NCBI GenBank assembly: GCA_002928535.1
Contig: PERG01000006.1
Coordinates: 19,376-83,375 of the forward strand
Source: Methylotenera sp.
Lineage (GTDB): Bacteria; Pseudomonadota; Gammaproteobacteria; Burkholderiales; Methylophilaceae
DNA length: 64,000 nucleotides
Reading direction: 5' to 3'
A model generated the notes under the pieces. That model had not been told where the DNA came from. It saw nothing but the letters and a program-made list of their open reading frames with translations, and made no database searches. The position numbers and the translations under genes are program-made. Each line of letters opens with the position of its first letter. Positions within the stretch are counted from its first letter, which is position 1. Shown here piece after piece: positions 10,201-21,158 of this stretch.

Positions 10201-10241
10201 ATAAAAATAAAGCCCAGAGATTTCTGGTCTGCTGGGCTTTA
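10201..10241 (-). terminator. Intrinsic terminator after pgi
   Basis: TAAAGCCCAG...CTGGGCTTTA stem followed by a T-rich tail on the minus strand. Confidence 0.65.
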
Positions 10242-10264
10242 GAAGTTCGATTCGTTATTTCAAC

Positions 10265-11923
10265 TCAATCGATTTTGAGGGACTTGGTATAGTTGATCAG
10301 TCCATTAGTGGAACTGTCATAATTGCCTACCACTTCGTCACTGATCAATTGCGGCAGAATTTGCTGGGCAATTTGCTTGCCGTATTCAACACCCCATTGG
10401 TCGTAGCTGTTGATATCCCAAATGATGCCTTGAACAAAAATCTTATGCTCATAAAGCGCAATCAATTTTCCAAGCGTATTGGGTGTTAACTGGTCAAACA
10501 TAATCGAGGTGGTCGGGCGGTTGCCTTCAAATACTTTATGCGGCAACAACGCTTCCAGGCTATCTTTGTCCAAACCTTGTTTTTCAAGCTCAGCACGCGC
10601 TTCCTCTTTGGTTTTGCCCAACATAAGCGATTGCGTTTGAGCCAGGAAATTGGCCAATAAAATCTTGTGATGCGTATTACCGTTTTTGCCAACTTTATAA
10701 TGGCTATGCACTGGCATCAGGAAATCACACGGTACGATTTGCGTGCCTTGGTGAATCAGTTGATAGAACGCATGTTGGCCATTGGTGCCAGCTTCACCCC
10801 AGATTACAGGACCTGTTTTGTATTGCACGCGGTCGCCGTTCCTATCGATAAATTTACCATTACTTTCCATGTCTGCTTGCTGTAAGTAAGCAGGGAAGCG
10901 CGCCATGCCTTGGTCATACGGTAAGATAGCTTGCGAATCAACGTGAAAGAAATTGTTATACCAGACACCGATCAATGCCGTGATTACTGGCATATTTTGC
11001 TCTAAAGGCGCGGTGCGGAAATGCTGATCCATTTCAAAGCCGCCAGTCAGCAGGTCTTCAAAATTATCCATGCCGATATACAGGGCAATAGACAAACCAA
11101 TTGCAGACCATAAGGAATAACGGCCACCTACCCAATCCCAGAATGCGAACATATTGGCAGTATCGATACCGAAATCAGACACAGCTTTAGCATTAGTAGA
11201 CAACGCCACGAAATGTTTAGCAATATGTGCTTCATCTTTAGCGCTTTCGAGGAACCACTTCCGTGCGGAATGCGCATTGGTCATGGTCTCTTGCGTAGTG
11301 AACGTTTTGGAAGCCACAATCACCAGTGTAGTCTCAGGATTGCATTTATCCAGTGCACGCATCAAATGCGCACCGTCGATGTTGGATACGAAATGTGCTT
11401 TTAAATCCGGACTTGCATAAGGGGTTAAAGCATCGCATACCATCACCGGACCTAAATCAGAGCCACCAATGCCGATATTGACGATGTCGGTAATCCGTTT
11501 GCCGGTATAGCCCAGCCAGCTACCATTGCGTACGCTATCGGAGAATTGACGCATCTGCGCCAATACGGCATTGACTTCCGGCATGACGTCTTTACCATCG
11601 ACCATCACTGGGATATTTGCACGGTTGCGCAAGGCGGTATGCAATACGGCACGGTCTTCAGTGATATTGATCTTTTCACCGGAAAACATGCGGTCGCGCC
11701 AGTTTTCTATCTTCGCTTCACGCGCCATCTGGAACAGCAAGGGCATCGTAGTTTCATCAATACGATGTTTGGAATAATCCAACAGGATATCGTCAAATTG
11801 CAGGTGAAATTTATTGAACCGGTTAGGGTCTTTGGCGAACAGGTCGCGCATATGAATTGAAGCAATATTTTGCTGATGCTGGCATAGCTTCTGCCATACC
11901 GGGTATTGAGTGAGTGTAGCCAT
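10265..11923 (-). CDS. pgi: Glucose-6-phosphate isomerase
   Basis: [37 protein letters not shown]. Confidence 0.97.
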   Translation of the reverse strand: MATLTQYPVWQKLCQHQQNIASIHMRDLFAKDPNRFNKFHLQFDDILLDYSKHRIDETTMPLLFQMAREAKIENWRDRMFSGEKINITEDRAVLHTALRNRANIPVMVDGKDVMPEVNAVLAQMRQFSDSVRNGSWLGYTGKRITDIVNIGIGGSDLGPVMVCDALTPYASPDLKAHFVSNIDGAHLMRALDKCNPETTLVIVASKTFTTQETMTNAHSARKWFLESAKDEAHIAKHFVALSTNAKAVSDFGIDTANMFAFWDWVGGRYSLWSAIGLSIALYIGMDNFEDLLTGGFEMDQHFRTAPLEQNMPVITALIGVWYNNFFHVDSQAILPYDQGMARFPAYLQQADMESNGKFIDRNGDRVQYKTGPVIWGEAGTNGQHAFYQLIHQGTQIVPCDFLMPVHSHYKVGKNGNTHHKILLANFLAQTQSLMLGKTKEEARAELEKQGLDKDSLEALLPHKVFEGNRPTTSIMFDQLTPNTLGKLIALYEHKIFVQGIIWDINSYDQWGVEYGKQIAQQILPQLISDEVVGNYDSSTNGLINYTKSLKID

Positions 11924-11949
11924 TTAGATAGTTTTTATATTTTAACGAG

Positions 11950-14217
11950 TTATTTTATTTGCAACACAATACCTGCCAACGGTGGCAGTGTGATTACAAG
12001 TGACTGATTTTGATTCATCCAGGCGACATCCTGAGTATGTAATCCGGCGCCGTTGCCTTGATTACTGCCGCCATAGCAAGCCGCATCACTATTAAAGATT
12101 TCATAATAGTTGCCAGCTTGTGGTACACCTACACGATAAAACTCGCGTGACACAGGCGTAAAATTTAGCAGTATTATAACAAAACTATTGTCTGCCCCAC
12201 GTCTTATATAGCTGATTATTGACTGATCGGAATCATGACAGTCAATCCAGTCAAATCCATGATGCTCAAAATCCAGCGTATATAGCGCCGAAATTTGGCG
12301 GTACAGATGGTTCAAGTCAGAATTAAGCAATTTAATGCCGCGATGCCATTGATGACCTTCGTAATCGTCTCCCAATAAATGCCAATCCAAGCTGGAATTT
12401 ACATTCCATTCACGTCCTTGACCAAACTCGTTGCCCATAAAGTTGAGCTTTTTCCCTGGGCTAGTCATTTGGTATGTCATTAGTAGGCGCAAATTGGCAA
12501 ACTTTTGCCAGACGTCGCCTGGCATTTTGTCTAACAGTGAGTGTTTGCCATGCACCACCTCATCATGCGAGAAGGGCAGTACAAAGTTTTCGGAATAGGC
12601 ATAGAGTTGACCAAAAGTTAGCTTGTCGTGATGGTAGCGCCTATGGATGGGGTCATTTTCAATGTAAGCAAGCGTGTCGTTCATCCAGCCCATATTCCAC
12701 TTCATGCTGAAACCCAGACCGCCAAGATACACAGGACGTGACACCATGGGCCATGCGGTAGATTCCTCGGCAATCGTAAGCACCCCTGGGAAATCTTCGC
12801 CGACCATCATATTGAACTGTTTGAGGAACTCAATAACGTCTAGGTTCTCACGGCCGCCAAACTTATTCGGCACCCATTCCCCAGCTTTGCGTGAATAATC
12901 CAGGTAAAGCATCGAAGCGACGGCATCGACCCGGAATCCATCAATATGGAATTCATTCAACCAGTAATAAGCATTAGAAATCAGGAAATTACGCACCTCG
13001 TTGCGGCCATAATTGAAAATATAGGTGCCCCAATCCTGATGCTCACCCAACCTTGGATCCTCGTGTTCATAGAGCGCAGTGCCGTCAAAGCGCGCCAACG
13101 CCCAATCGTCTTTTGGAAAATGTCCGGGTACCCAATCCAGAATCACGCCAATATTGGCCTGGTGAAAAGCATCGATTAGAAATCGCAAATCATCCGGGCT
13201 CCCAAATCGATTGGTGACACCAAAGTAGCCTGTGGTCTGATAGCCCCAGGACTCATTTAAAGGATGTTCGGATATCGGTAGAAGCTCGACATGGGTATAG
13301 CCCATCTCTGCCACATGCGGAACTAATGTTGCTGCCAATTCTCGGTAGGTCAGGAAATGGCCCTTATCATTACGTTGCCACGAGCCTAAATGTACTTCGT
13401 AGCAATTGAATGGCGTATGTAGCCAATCATTGGCTTTGCGTTGTTTGAGCCATGCTTGATCCGACCAAACATGCTGGCTCTTGCTGATCTTCGCTGAGGT
13501 CCCTGGGCGTTGTTCAAACTCGAATCCATAGGGGTCGGTCTTCACATGGACATTGCCAGTGTTACGGTTACGAATCTCAAATTTATAGGTGTCATGCGTG
13601 GTCAAATGCGGAATAAAGATGTCCCATACACCACTGCTGCCATGGGCGCGCATGCAATGCACACGCCCATCCCATAAGTTGAAGTTGCCAATCACGCTCA
13701 CGCGTTGTGCATTGGGTGCCCATACTGCAAAGCGCACACCCTCTACATTGTTCTGGACGGCAAATTGTGCACCAAAAGTTTTGTAGCCCTCATTGAGTCG
13801 TCCTTCAGCGAATAAATAGAGTTCATCTTGGGTAATGGTCGAGCCAAAGGAATACGGGTCATAGGTTTCGTAAGTACTCTCACTCGTTTCCACCTTGATT
13901 AAGCAGGGCGCTTTAGGCGCTTTCGGAAAGCTTGCTTCGAATAAACCTTCACTATGTGTTTTTTCCAGCTGTATCCAATCGCTGCCGTTTTTAAAATAAA
14001 CTTGACTAGCTTGCGGCAAAAATGCGCGGAATACGTAGACATTTTCAACTTTGTGTAATCCCAGAAAGCTGAATGGATCATGATGCTGTGCACCAAAAAT
14101 CAGGTTTAACGCATCTGGATTGAGCTTACTTGCGGTCAATGCACCATTAATCAATAAACTTGAGTTAACTTGATCAACAGTGTCAGTAGTAGGTGCTATT
14201 GCTTTTAATTTTGCCAA
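11950..14217 (-). CDS. glgB: 1,4-alpha-glucan branching enzyme (GH13)
   Basis: FAVWAPNA, YEVHLGSW, DGFRVDAVASMLY, AEESTAWP, SHDEVVHGK; TTG start. Confidence 0.96.
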   Translation of the reverse strand: MAKLKAIAPTTDTVDQVNSSLLINGALTASKLNPDALNLIFGAQHHDPFSFLGLHKVENVYVFRAFLPQASQVYFKNGSDWIQLEKTHSEGLFEASFPKAPKAPCLIKVETSESTYETYDPYSFGSTITQDELYLFAEGRLNEGYKTFGAQFAVQNNVEGVRFAVWAPNAQRVSVIGNFNLWDGRVHCMRAHGSSGVWDIFIPHLTTHDTYKFEIRNRNTGNVHVKTDPYGFEFEQRPGTSAKISKSQHVWSDQAWLKQRKANDWLHTPFNCYEVHLGSWQRNDKGHFLTYRELAATLVPHVAEMGYTHVELLPISEHPLNESWGYQTTGYFGVTNRFGSPDDLRFLIDAFHQANIGVILDWVPGHFPKDDWALARFDGTALYEHEDPRLGEHQDWGTYIFNYGRNEVRNFLISNAYYWLNEFHIDGFRVDAVASMLYLDYSRKAGEWVPNKFGGRENLDVIEFLKQFNMMVGEDFPGVLTIAEESTAWPMVSRPVYLGGLGFSMKWNMGWMNDTLAYIENDPIHRRYHHDKLTFGQLYAYSENFVLPFSHDEVVHGKHSLLDKMPGDVWQKFANLRLLMTYQMTSPGKKLNFMGNEFGQGREWNVNSSLDWHLLGDDYEGHQWHRGIKLLNSDLNHLYRQISALYTLDFEHHGFDWIDCHDSDQSIISYIRRGADNSFVIILLNFTPVSREFYRVGVPQAGNYYEIFNSDAACYGGSNQGNGAGLHTQDVAWMNQNQSLVITLPPLAGIVLQIK

Positions 14218-14457
14218 AATACTCTCTTTAAGTTCATTAAAATTACGGGAATCACTTTAATTAATTCAGGAAACTATTTTTAGTTTTTAGCTCTAATAAC
14301 TAGATTGTAATGCGCAGAGCTGATTATAATGTAACAAAATGTAACAGAAATAATTTATGCAATTACAGTATTAAGTCAGTCAAAAATCTAATTAGTTGGC
14401 CCAGCTAATTAAAAAATTTTAAAAATGCAGTAATTAATAAGAACTTTGGAGGGCATC

Positions 14458-15738
14458 ATGGCGCAAGATCAGCAATCAGACCGATTCATTAGTAACTTAA
14501 CTAAGAATACCGTGGCCATTATACTGGCTGGCGGACGTGGAAGCCGATTGAAGAATCTGACTGACTGGCGGGCCAAACCGGCCGTTCAATTTGGCGGAAA
14601 ATTCCGCATCATTGATTTCCCGCTTTCCAATTGCATTAACTCTGGAATCCGTCGTATCAATGTCGCCACACAATATAAGGCGCAAAGCCTGATCCAGCAT
14701 ATTCAGCGCGGCTGGGGGTTCTTGCGTGGTGAGTTCAATGAGTATGTCAATATTATCCCTGCACAACAGCGCATTTCAGAAGATTGGTACAAAGGCACAG
14801 CGGATGCGGTTTATCAAAACGTAGATTTACTCCGTGAGAATGGCGGCGACTATATTCTGGTTCTGGCCGGCGACCATGTTTATAAAATGGATTATGGCAA
14901 AATGCTGGCAACGCATGTACGCAGTAATGCAGATATGACCGTGGCGTGCATTAATGTGCCGCTTGAAGACGCTAAAGGTTTCGGTGTGCTAGCGGTAGAC
15001 GATACTGATCGCGTCATCGAATTTGCCGAAAAACCGGCACAGCCCAAACATATGCCTGGCGACGAGACCATGGCATTCGCAAGTATGGGCATCTATATTT
15101 TCAACGCGAAATTTCTCTATGAACAAGTGATCAGAGATGCGGATGATCCAAAATCAGGCCATGACTTTGGTGGCGACATCATTCCTTACCTCATCAAAAA
15201 ATATAAAGTGCAGGCGCATCGTTTCACTGATAGCTGTGTGGGCGCGCGCAATGGTAATTTCTACTGGCGCGATGTGGGCACGATTGATGCTTATTGGGAA
15301 GCCAATATGGAGCTTACCAAAGTGATACCGGAGTTGAATATGTATGACCGGGATTGGCCTATCTGGACATATCAGGAGCAATTGCCGCCCGCAAAATTTG
15401 TATTCAATGATGAAGGGCGGTCTGGCAAAGCTACTGACTCCCTGGTTTCCGGCGGTTGCCTCATTAGCGGCTCCTGTGTGACCAACTCGGTTTTATTTTC
15501 AGATGTACGCGTACATAGTTATTGCGACATACAAGGTTCTGTCATACTGCCTAAGGTAACTATCAACCGTAATGTTATTATAAAAAATGTCGTTATTGAC
15601 CGTGGTTGTAATATCCCTGAAGGCATGCAGATCGGTGTTGATTTAACATTGGATGCTAAACGTTTTTATGTATCCGAAAAGGGCATCGTGCTTGTGACTC
15701 CGGATATGTTGGGCCAAGATCTTTATCGTGTGAAATAA
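14458..15738 (+). CDS. glgC: Glucose-1-phosphate adenylyltransferase
   Basis: [30 protein letters not shown]; RBS GGAGG upstream of ATG 14458. Confidence 0.97.
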   Translation: MAQDQQSDRFISNLTKNTVAIILAGGRGSRLKNLTDWRAKPAVQFGGKFRIIDFPLSNCINSGIRRINVATQYKAQSLIQHIQRGWGFLRGEFNEYVNIIPAQQRISEDWYKGTADAVYQNVDLLRENGGDYILVLAGDHVYKMDYGKMLATHVRSNADMTVACINVPLEDAKGFGVLAVDDTDRVIEFAEKPAQPKHMPGDETMAFASMGIYIFNAKFLYEQVIRDADDPKSGHDFGGDIIPYLIKKYKVQAHRFTDSCVGARNGNFYWRDVGTIDAYWEANMELTKVIPELNMYDRDWPIWTYQEQLPPAKFVFNDEGRSGKATDSLVSGGCLISGSCVTNSVLFSDVRVHSYCDIQGSVILPKVTINRNVIIKNVVIDRGCNIPEGMQIGVDLTLDAKRFYVSEKGIVLVTPDMLGQDLYRVK

Positions 15739-15808
15739 CTTGTACTTAATGTATTAATAGTCAATTTGGCTGCCGGTTAATTTACTGGTTCTAATTTAAG
15801 GGTTTTAA

Positions 15809-17545
15809 TTGAAGTCTGCTCGTCCCAAGTTATACCTCAATCTTTATTGGCACATGCATCAACCGGACTACCGCGATGTGGTTAGCAATGAGTACGTGCT
15901 ACCGTGGACTTATCTCCATGCCATTAAAGATTACAGCGACATGGCTTATCATCTCGAAGCCAATCCAAAAGCCCGTGCTACTTTTAACTTTGTGCCCATC
16001 CTGCTGGATCAGCTGGAAGATTACAGCAACCAATACTTAAATGAAGACATCCGTGATCCGCTACTAAGGCTATTGATTGCGCCTGATTTGGCCGATATCA
16101 GTAAATCGGAATGCCATCTTATCGTGCAGAGTTGCTTTAAAAGCCATCATGAAAAGATGCTCAGTCCTTTTCCACACTATCAACGGCTATTGCATCTGTA
16201 TCAACTAGTCGAACCTATAATGGGCGACGATGATTTTCATTATCTATCCATGCAATACAAGGCTGACTTGCTTGTGTGGTATCACTTGGCCTGGTGCGGA
16301 GAAAGCCTGCGGCGCAATAACACGGTCATTCAAGCCCTCATGGCAAAAGGCGTACTGTTCACTCTGGCGGATAGGCAACAGCTTTTCCATGAAATCGGAA
16401 AAACCATTACCCAATTGATTCCGCGTTATCGCGCACTCTTGGAACGTAAGCAAATCGAGCTGTCCACAACGCCATATCACCATCCTATTTTGCCTTTATT
16501 GCTGGATTTTAATAGTACATTAGATGCCATGCCGGATGCGCCTTTGCCTGAAAATGCAGAGTATGCAGGTGGTCAGAGCCGGGCGGTTTCCCATATTGAG
16601 GCAGCCAAAACCTATCATGCCAATTTGTTTGGCGCAGCCCCCCCCGGCATGTGGCCAGCTGAAGGGGCTGTATCGCATGCAGCCTTATCTTTAATGGCTG
16701 AACATGGCGTGCAATGGGCGGCAACCGGGCAAGCGGTGCTAGCTAATAGTTTGACTATGGCGGAATTGCCGGCGGTGAATAAGGAAGATTATTTATACCA
16801 ACCATATCGCGTCACCGACGGGCAGCACGATATTCTGTGCTTTTTCCGCGATGACCAATTGTCCGACAAAATCGGTTTCGAATACGCAAAAATTCACTCA
16901 AACGATGCCGTACGCGACTTTATCAGTAGCCTCGAGCACATTCAGCAAACCAATGACAAACCTTATCCTAAAGTAGTTAGTGTGATATTAGATGGCGAGA
17001 ATGCTTGGGAATATTATCCGTATAACGGCTATTATTTTCTTAAAGAATTCTATGAAGCATTAAGCCAGCATGCCGACATTGAGATGACCACATTTAGCGA
17101 TATTGTTGAGATGACAAAAGTCAGCAAAACCTCTACCAAAGATATTGTTGTGCCCTTACTGCCAAAAATTGCTGCCGGTAGCTGGGTGTATGGCACCTTT
17201 AGCACCTGGATTGGTAGTAAGGATAAAAATCAGGCTTGGGATTTGTTATGTGAGGCTAAAAAAACCTACGACAGCGTCCTGTCCTCTGCGAATCATTTCA
17301 ATGAAGAACAGTTGGCTGCTTTCGAACGCCAACTAGCTATTTGTGAAGGTTCAGACTGGTTCTGGTGGTTTGGCGACTATAACGCTTCAGATAGCGTGGA
17401 AAGTTTCGACAAATTATATCGGCGTAACCTGATTAATCTCTATACCTTATTGCAGCAGCCTATTCCTGACATATTAAATAATGCCATTAGCCTGGGTGGT
17501 GGTAATCCAGACGTGGGTGGCACCATGAGACGTGGTCAGGCGTAG
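15809..17545 (+). CDS. Glycoside hydrolase family 57 (amylopullulanase-like)
   Basis: WHMHQP, HPILPLL, GMWPAEG, LDGENAWE, EGSDWFWW; TTG start. Confidence 0.9.
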   Translation: MKSARPKLYLNLYWHMHQPDYRDVVSNEYVLPWTYLHAIKDYSDMAYHLEANPKARATFNFVPILLDQLEDYSNQYLNEDIRDPLLRLLIAPDLADISKSECHLIVQSCFKSHHEKMLSPFPHYQRLLHLYQLVEPIMGDDDFHYLSMQYKADLLVWYHLAWCGESLRRNNTVIQALMAKGVLFTLADRQQLFHEIGKTITQLIPRYRALLERKQIELSTTPYHHPILPLLLDFNSTLDAMPDAPLPENAEYAGGQSRAVSHIEAAKTYHANLFGAAPPGMWPAEGAVSHAALSLMAEHGVQWAATGQAVLANSLTMAELPAVNKEDYLYQPYRVTDGQHDILCFFRDDQLSDKIGFEYAKIHSNDAVRDFISSLEHIQQTNDKPYPKVVSVILDGENAWEYYPYNGYYFLKEFYEALSQHADIEMTTFSDIVEMTKVSKTSTKDIVVPLLPKIAAGSWVYGTFSTWIGSKDKNQAWDLLCEAKKTYDSVLSSANHFNEEQLAAFERQLAICEGSDWFWWFGDYNASDSVESFDKLYRRNLINLYTLLQQPIPDILNNAISLGGGNPDVGGTMRRGQA

Positions 17546-17597
17546 TTAGTATATTCACAACAACAGGCATATTCTTTACAACCATGTAGAAAAACTC

Positions 17598-19094
17598 ATG
17601 ACTGCATCCTCTCCAATATCGCTTTTAAAACAACGTCTGGCAGGGGTTTTATTGCACATTAGTTCACTGCCAAGCAATTATTATGTTGGGGATTTAGGTA
17701 AAGAGAGTAGACAGTTTGTCGACTTTCTTCATCGAATGGGTGTTAGGGTTTGGCAAACGCTTCCCATCAATATGCCGCATGCCGATAACTCACCCTATCA
17801 ATGTCTTTCTGCGCATGCCGGTAATCCGGATTTCATCAGCCTGGAAACGCTGATTGAACAAGGCTTATTAAAAGAAGAGGATTTAACCGAGCCTTTTATC
17901 AATAAATCGAAGTTACTCACCACGGCTTACCAGAACTTTCGTTTGCAGGTCGAAAATACTTTGCATGAGCAATTTGCTGATTTTTGTCTAAAGCAAGGGC
18001 ATTGGTTAGAAGATTTTGCGCTGTTTTTAGCAATAAGAAACAGCTTAAATCAGATAGGCTGGGCATATTGGCCGGAAGCCTATAAAAACCGTGAGGCCGA
18101 GGCCATGCTTACTTCCCGTCTGGAGCTGGCAGAAGAGATCAGTGCCATCAAGTTCACCCAGTTTCTGTTCTTTAGCCAATGGATGGCGCTTAAGACGTAT
18201 GCCAATGAAAAAAGCGTCTATTTATTTGGCGATATTCCTATTTTTGTCGCTTACGACAGCGCTGATGTATGGGCCAATCCACATTTTTTCAAACTGGATG
18301 AAGCCAAGAATATGATGGTAGTGGCCGGTGTGCCACCCGATTATTTTTCCGTAAATGGCCAACGTTGGGGAAACCCGCACTACAACTGGGAAGCATTGAA
18401 AGCGGAAGACTTTAGCTGGTGGGTTTCGCGCATGGAAACGCAGAATGTCTTGTTTGACATGGTGCGCATTGACCATTTCAGGGGTTTAGAAGCCGCTTGG
18501 GAGATTCCAGCTAATGAAGAAACCGCAGCTAACGGCTATTGGGTGGCGGCACCAGGGTGCCCGTTATTGAATGCGATTAAACGTACTTTGCCTAATATTT
18601 TGTTAATAGCTGAGGACTTGGGCATTATCACCGAAGAAGTGGATGCCTTAAGGGAAAAGTACCACTTGCCGGGTATGAAAATCTTGCAATTCGCATTTAG
18701 TGGCCAAGAGGATAATCCTTATTTACCTCACAATATAGAGGTGGATAGCGTCATTTATACTGGCACTCACGATAACGATACTACGATAGGCTGGTATGAA
18801 TCTTTGGATGATTACCAGCGTGAGCTATTTCATGAGTATTTGCGTAGAGTGCGAGCGCCTGAACATCAGGTGACAATGCCGCAAGATTTAATTGAAATGG
18901 CATTGGAATCGAATGCTTTTTTAGCGATTATTCCTATGCAGGATTTACTCTCGCTGAATGGCGAGCATAGAATGAATACGCCTGGAACTGCATCGGGTAA
19001 CTGGGACTGGCGTTTCGATTGGCAACAGCTCGATGCTAGCCGCGAACAGCACTTTGCTGAAACTATCCTGCGTACGGGTCGTAAAGGCACTTAG
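17598..19094 (+). CDS. malQ: 4-alpha-glucanotransferase (amylomaltase, GH77)
   Basis: GDIPIFV, AGVPPDYFS..GQRWGNP, RIDHFRG, AEDLG, YTGTHDNDT. Confidence 0.95.
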   Translation: MTASSPISLLKQRLAGVLLHISSLPSNYYVGDLGKESRQFVDFLHRMGVRVWQTLPINMPHADNSPYQCLSAHAGNPDFISLETLIEQGLLKEEDLTEPFINKSKLLTTAYQNFRLQVENTLHEQFADFCLKQGHWLEDFALFLAIRNSLNQIGWAYWPEAYKNREAEAMLTSRLELAEEISAIKFTQFLFFSQWMALKTYANEKSVYLFGDIPIFVAYDSADVWANPHFFKLDEAKNMMVVAGVPPDYFSVNGQRWGNPHYNWEALKAEDFSWWVSRMETQNVLFDMVRIDHFRGLEAAWEIPANEETAANGYWVAAPGCPLLNAIKRTLPNILLIAEDLGIITEEVDALREKYHLPGMKILQFAFSGQEDNPYLPHNIEVDSVIYTGTHDNDTTIGWYESLDDYQRELFHEYLRRVRAPEHQVTMPQDLIEMALESNAFLAIIPMQDLLSLNGEHRMNTPGTASGNWDWRFDWQQLDASREQHFAETILRTGRKGT

Positions 19095-20042
19095 ATGGCA
19101 ATGTTGATTGGCATGGACATTGGCGGTACCAACCTCCGATTGGGCGTGATCAAACATCAAGATGGCAAAGTAAAGCTAGTGGAAGAATTGCGCTTTCAAG
19201 CCGATTTTTCAAGCTTATGCAAAAGCCATAGTCCGGCAGTCGCATGGCAGGAAATTGTCAAAACAGTGGCTACGGCTATTCACAATGCCCAGCAAAAATA
19301 TCCGGAAATAGCCGCAGTTGGCATTGGCTTTCCAGGCTTTATAGATCCCGTCACACAAAATATTGCGCAATCGCCAAATCTACCCGGTTTAAAAGATGTG
19401 GCTTTAAGTGCAGACTTGATGCATGTTTTGAAGATTCCAGTCATTACTGAAAATGATGCATTGGCAGCCGCTTATGGCGAATACATCATGCAAGTGCCTC
19501 GCCAAAAAGATTTGCTGTATGTTGGTTTGGGTACGGGCGTGGGTGGCGGCTTAATTATAAATGGGCAACCTTTTTCGGGTCAGCACGGCGTCGCCATGGA
19601 AATAGGGCACTTGATTTTTGAGTCACAAGGTAGGCCATGTGGCTGTGGTAATCAGGGTTGTATGGAGCAATATGCCTCCGCCAGTGGTGTGAGTATCACT
19701 TACTTTAATGCAACACAACAGCATTGCCAGGCCCTGGAAATAGCTATTCGCGCTGCCGATGGAGACCCTGATGCGCTAGAAGCATACGCATTGGCTGGTA
19801 CAGCGCTGGCAGCAACACTGGCGCATATCTTAAAAGTGTTGGATGTCAGTAATATTGTGATTGGCGGCGGTATGAGTGGCGGCTGGTCCCTCATGAAAGA
19901 AGCTTTTGAACTCCGCCTGGAACTTGATTTGATCCCAGCGCTACGCGGTAAAACCTGGGTCTCCATATCGGATGTTAATGACCATGCCGGCATCTTTGGT
20001 GCCGCTATTCTTGCTGAGCAACAGCTTACTCAGCAACATTAA
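19095..20042 (+). CDS. ROK-family sugar kinase (probable glucokinase)
   Basis: DIGGT, ENDA, GTGVGGG, EIGH, CGCGNQGCME. Confidence 0.88.
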   Translation: MAMLIGMDIGGTNLRLGVIKHQDGKVKLVEELRFQADFSSLCKSHSPAVAWQEIVKTVATAIHNAQQKYPEIAAVGIGFPGFIDPVTQNIAQSPNLPGLKDVALSADLMHVLKIPVITENDALAAAYGEYIMQVPRQKDLLYVGLGTGVGGGLIINGQPFSGQHGVAMEIGHLIFESQGRPCGCGNQGCMEQYASASGVSITYFNATQQHCQALEIAIRAADGDPDALEAYALAGTALAATLAHILKVLDVSNIVIGGGMSGGWSLMKEAFELRLELDLIPALRGKTWVSISDVNDHAGIFGAAILAEQQLTQQH

Positions 20043-20054
20043 ATATGTTGTGCG

Positions 20055-21158
20055 TTAGTGCGAATGTTGCGTTAATGCCCACTCCACATGCTCGCGCACC
20101 AATAATGATGGATCATTCTTTCTTGCTTCCAGGGCAGTAACGATGCTAGGTGTAGTCGGCGCATTACCCAGCCCGATGGCAATATTCCTTAACCATTGCT
20201 CATAGCCAATTCTATAAATCGCACTGCCAGCCATGCGCGCTTTAAACATATCTTCAGTCCAGCCAAAACATTCCACCAGGTTGATATCATCCAAACCATG
20301 TTTTACTGCAAAATCCGGCTCCTTCGTGACTTCAGCAAACTTGTTCCAAGGACAAGTTAATTGGCAATCATCACAACCATAGACCCGATTGCCAATCAAT
20401 GGCCGGAATTCAACGGGAATACTGGTTTTAAGCTCGATGGTGAGGTAGGAAATGCATCGTCTGGCATCTACTTCATAAGGCGCAGTAATGGCTTGGGTAG
20501 GGCAGATTTCGATGCAATTAGTACAAGTACCGCAATGATTGCTTGAAGGCGTATCAACCATTAATGGTAAATTAGTATAAATCTCCCCGAGGAAAAACCA
20601 GGAGCCGCGATTCTTGTTGATAAGTAGTGTATGTTTTCCTCGCCAACCCAAGCCAGCTTTTTCTGCAAGGGCCACCTCCAGCACAGGTGCACTGTCAGTA
20701 AATACGCGGTAATTGAAATCTTTATAGTTAAGTTTTTGTAACTCTGATTGAATCTTTTCACTAAGTTTTTGCAGCTTGTTGCGCATGACTTTATGGTAGT
20801 CACGGCCTAATGCATAGCGTGAGATAAAGGCTTTATCTCCTTGTTTCATAATGGTTTTAGAATCTGCTGCAGCGGGGGGTAAGTAATCCAGGCGCGCAGA
20901 AATCACGCGTAAGGTATTTGGTACTAATTCGGCAGGGCGGGTACGCTTCACCCCGTGTTTTGCCATATAATCCATTTCACCATGAAAACCTTTCGCGATC
21001 CAAGCCTGATGATCCGCTTCGGCATGCTGCAAGTCGGTGTCGGAAATACCGATCTGGTTAAAGCCCAATGCCAACCCCCAACTTTTGATGTCAGCGCTAA
21101 GCTGGGTAAAGTCGTTAGGATGCGAAAGGGTGGTTTCTGGAGTAACAAGATCAGTCAT
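20055..21158 (-). CDS. queG: Epoxyqueuosine reductase
   Basis: SRYALGRDYH, DSAPVLE, CGTCTNCIEICPT, RCISYLTIE, YGCDDCQLTCPWN. Confidence 0.95.
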   Translation of the reverse strand: MTDLVTPETTLSHPNDFTQLSADIKSWGLALGFNQIGISDTDLQHAEADHQAWIAKGFHGEMDYMAKHGVKRTRPAELVPNTLRVISARLDYLPPAAADSKTIMKQGDKAFISRYALGRDYHKVMRNKLQKLSEKIQSELQKLNYKDFNYRVFTDSAPVLEVALAEKAGLGWRGKHTLLINKNRGSWFFLGEIYTNLPLMVDTPSSNHCGTCTNCIEICPTQAITAPYEVDARRCISYLTIELKTSIPVEFRPLIGNRVYGCDDCQLTCPWNKFAEVTKEPDFAVKHGLDDINLVECFGWTEDMFKARMAGSAIYRIGYEQWLRNIAIGLGNAPTTPSIVTALEARKNDPSLLVREHVEWALTQHSH

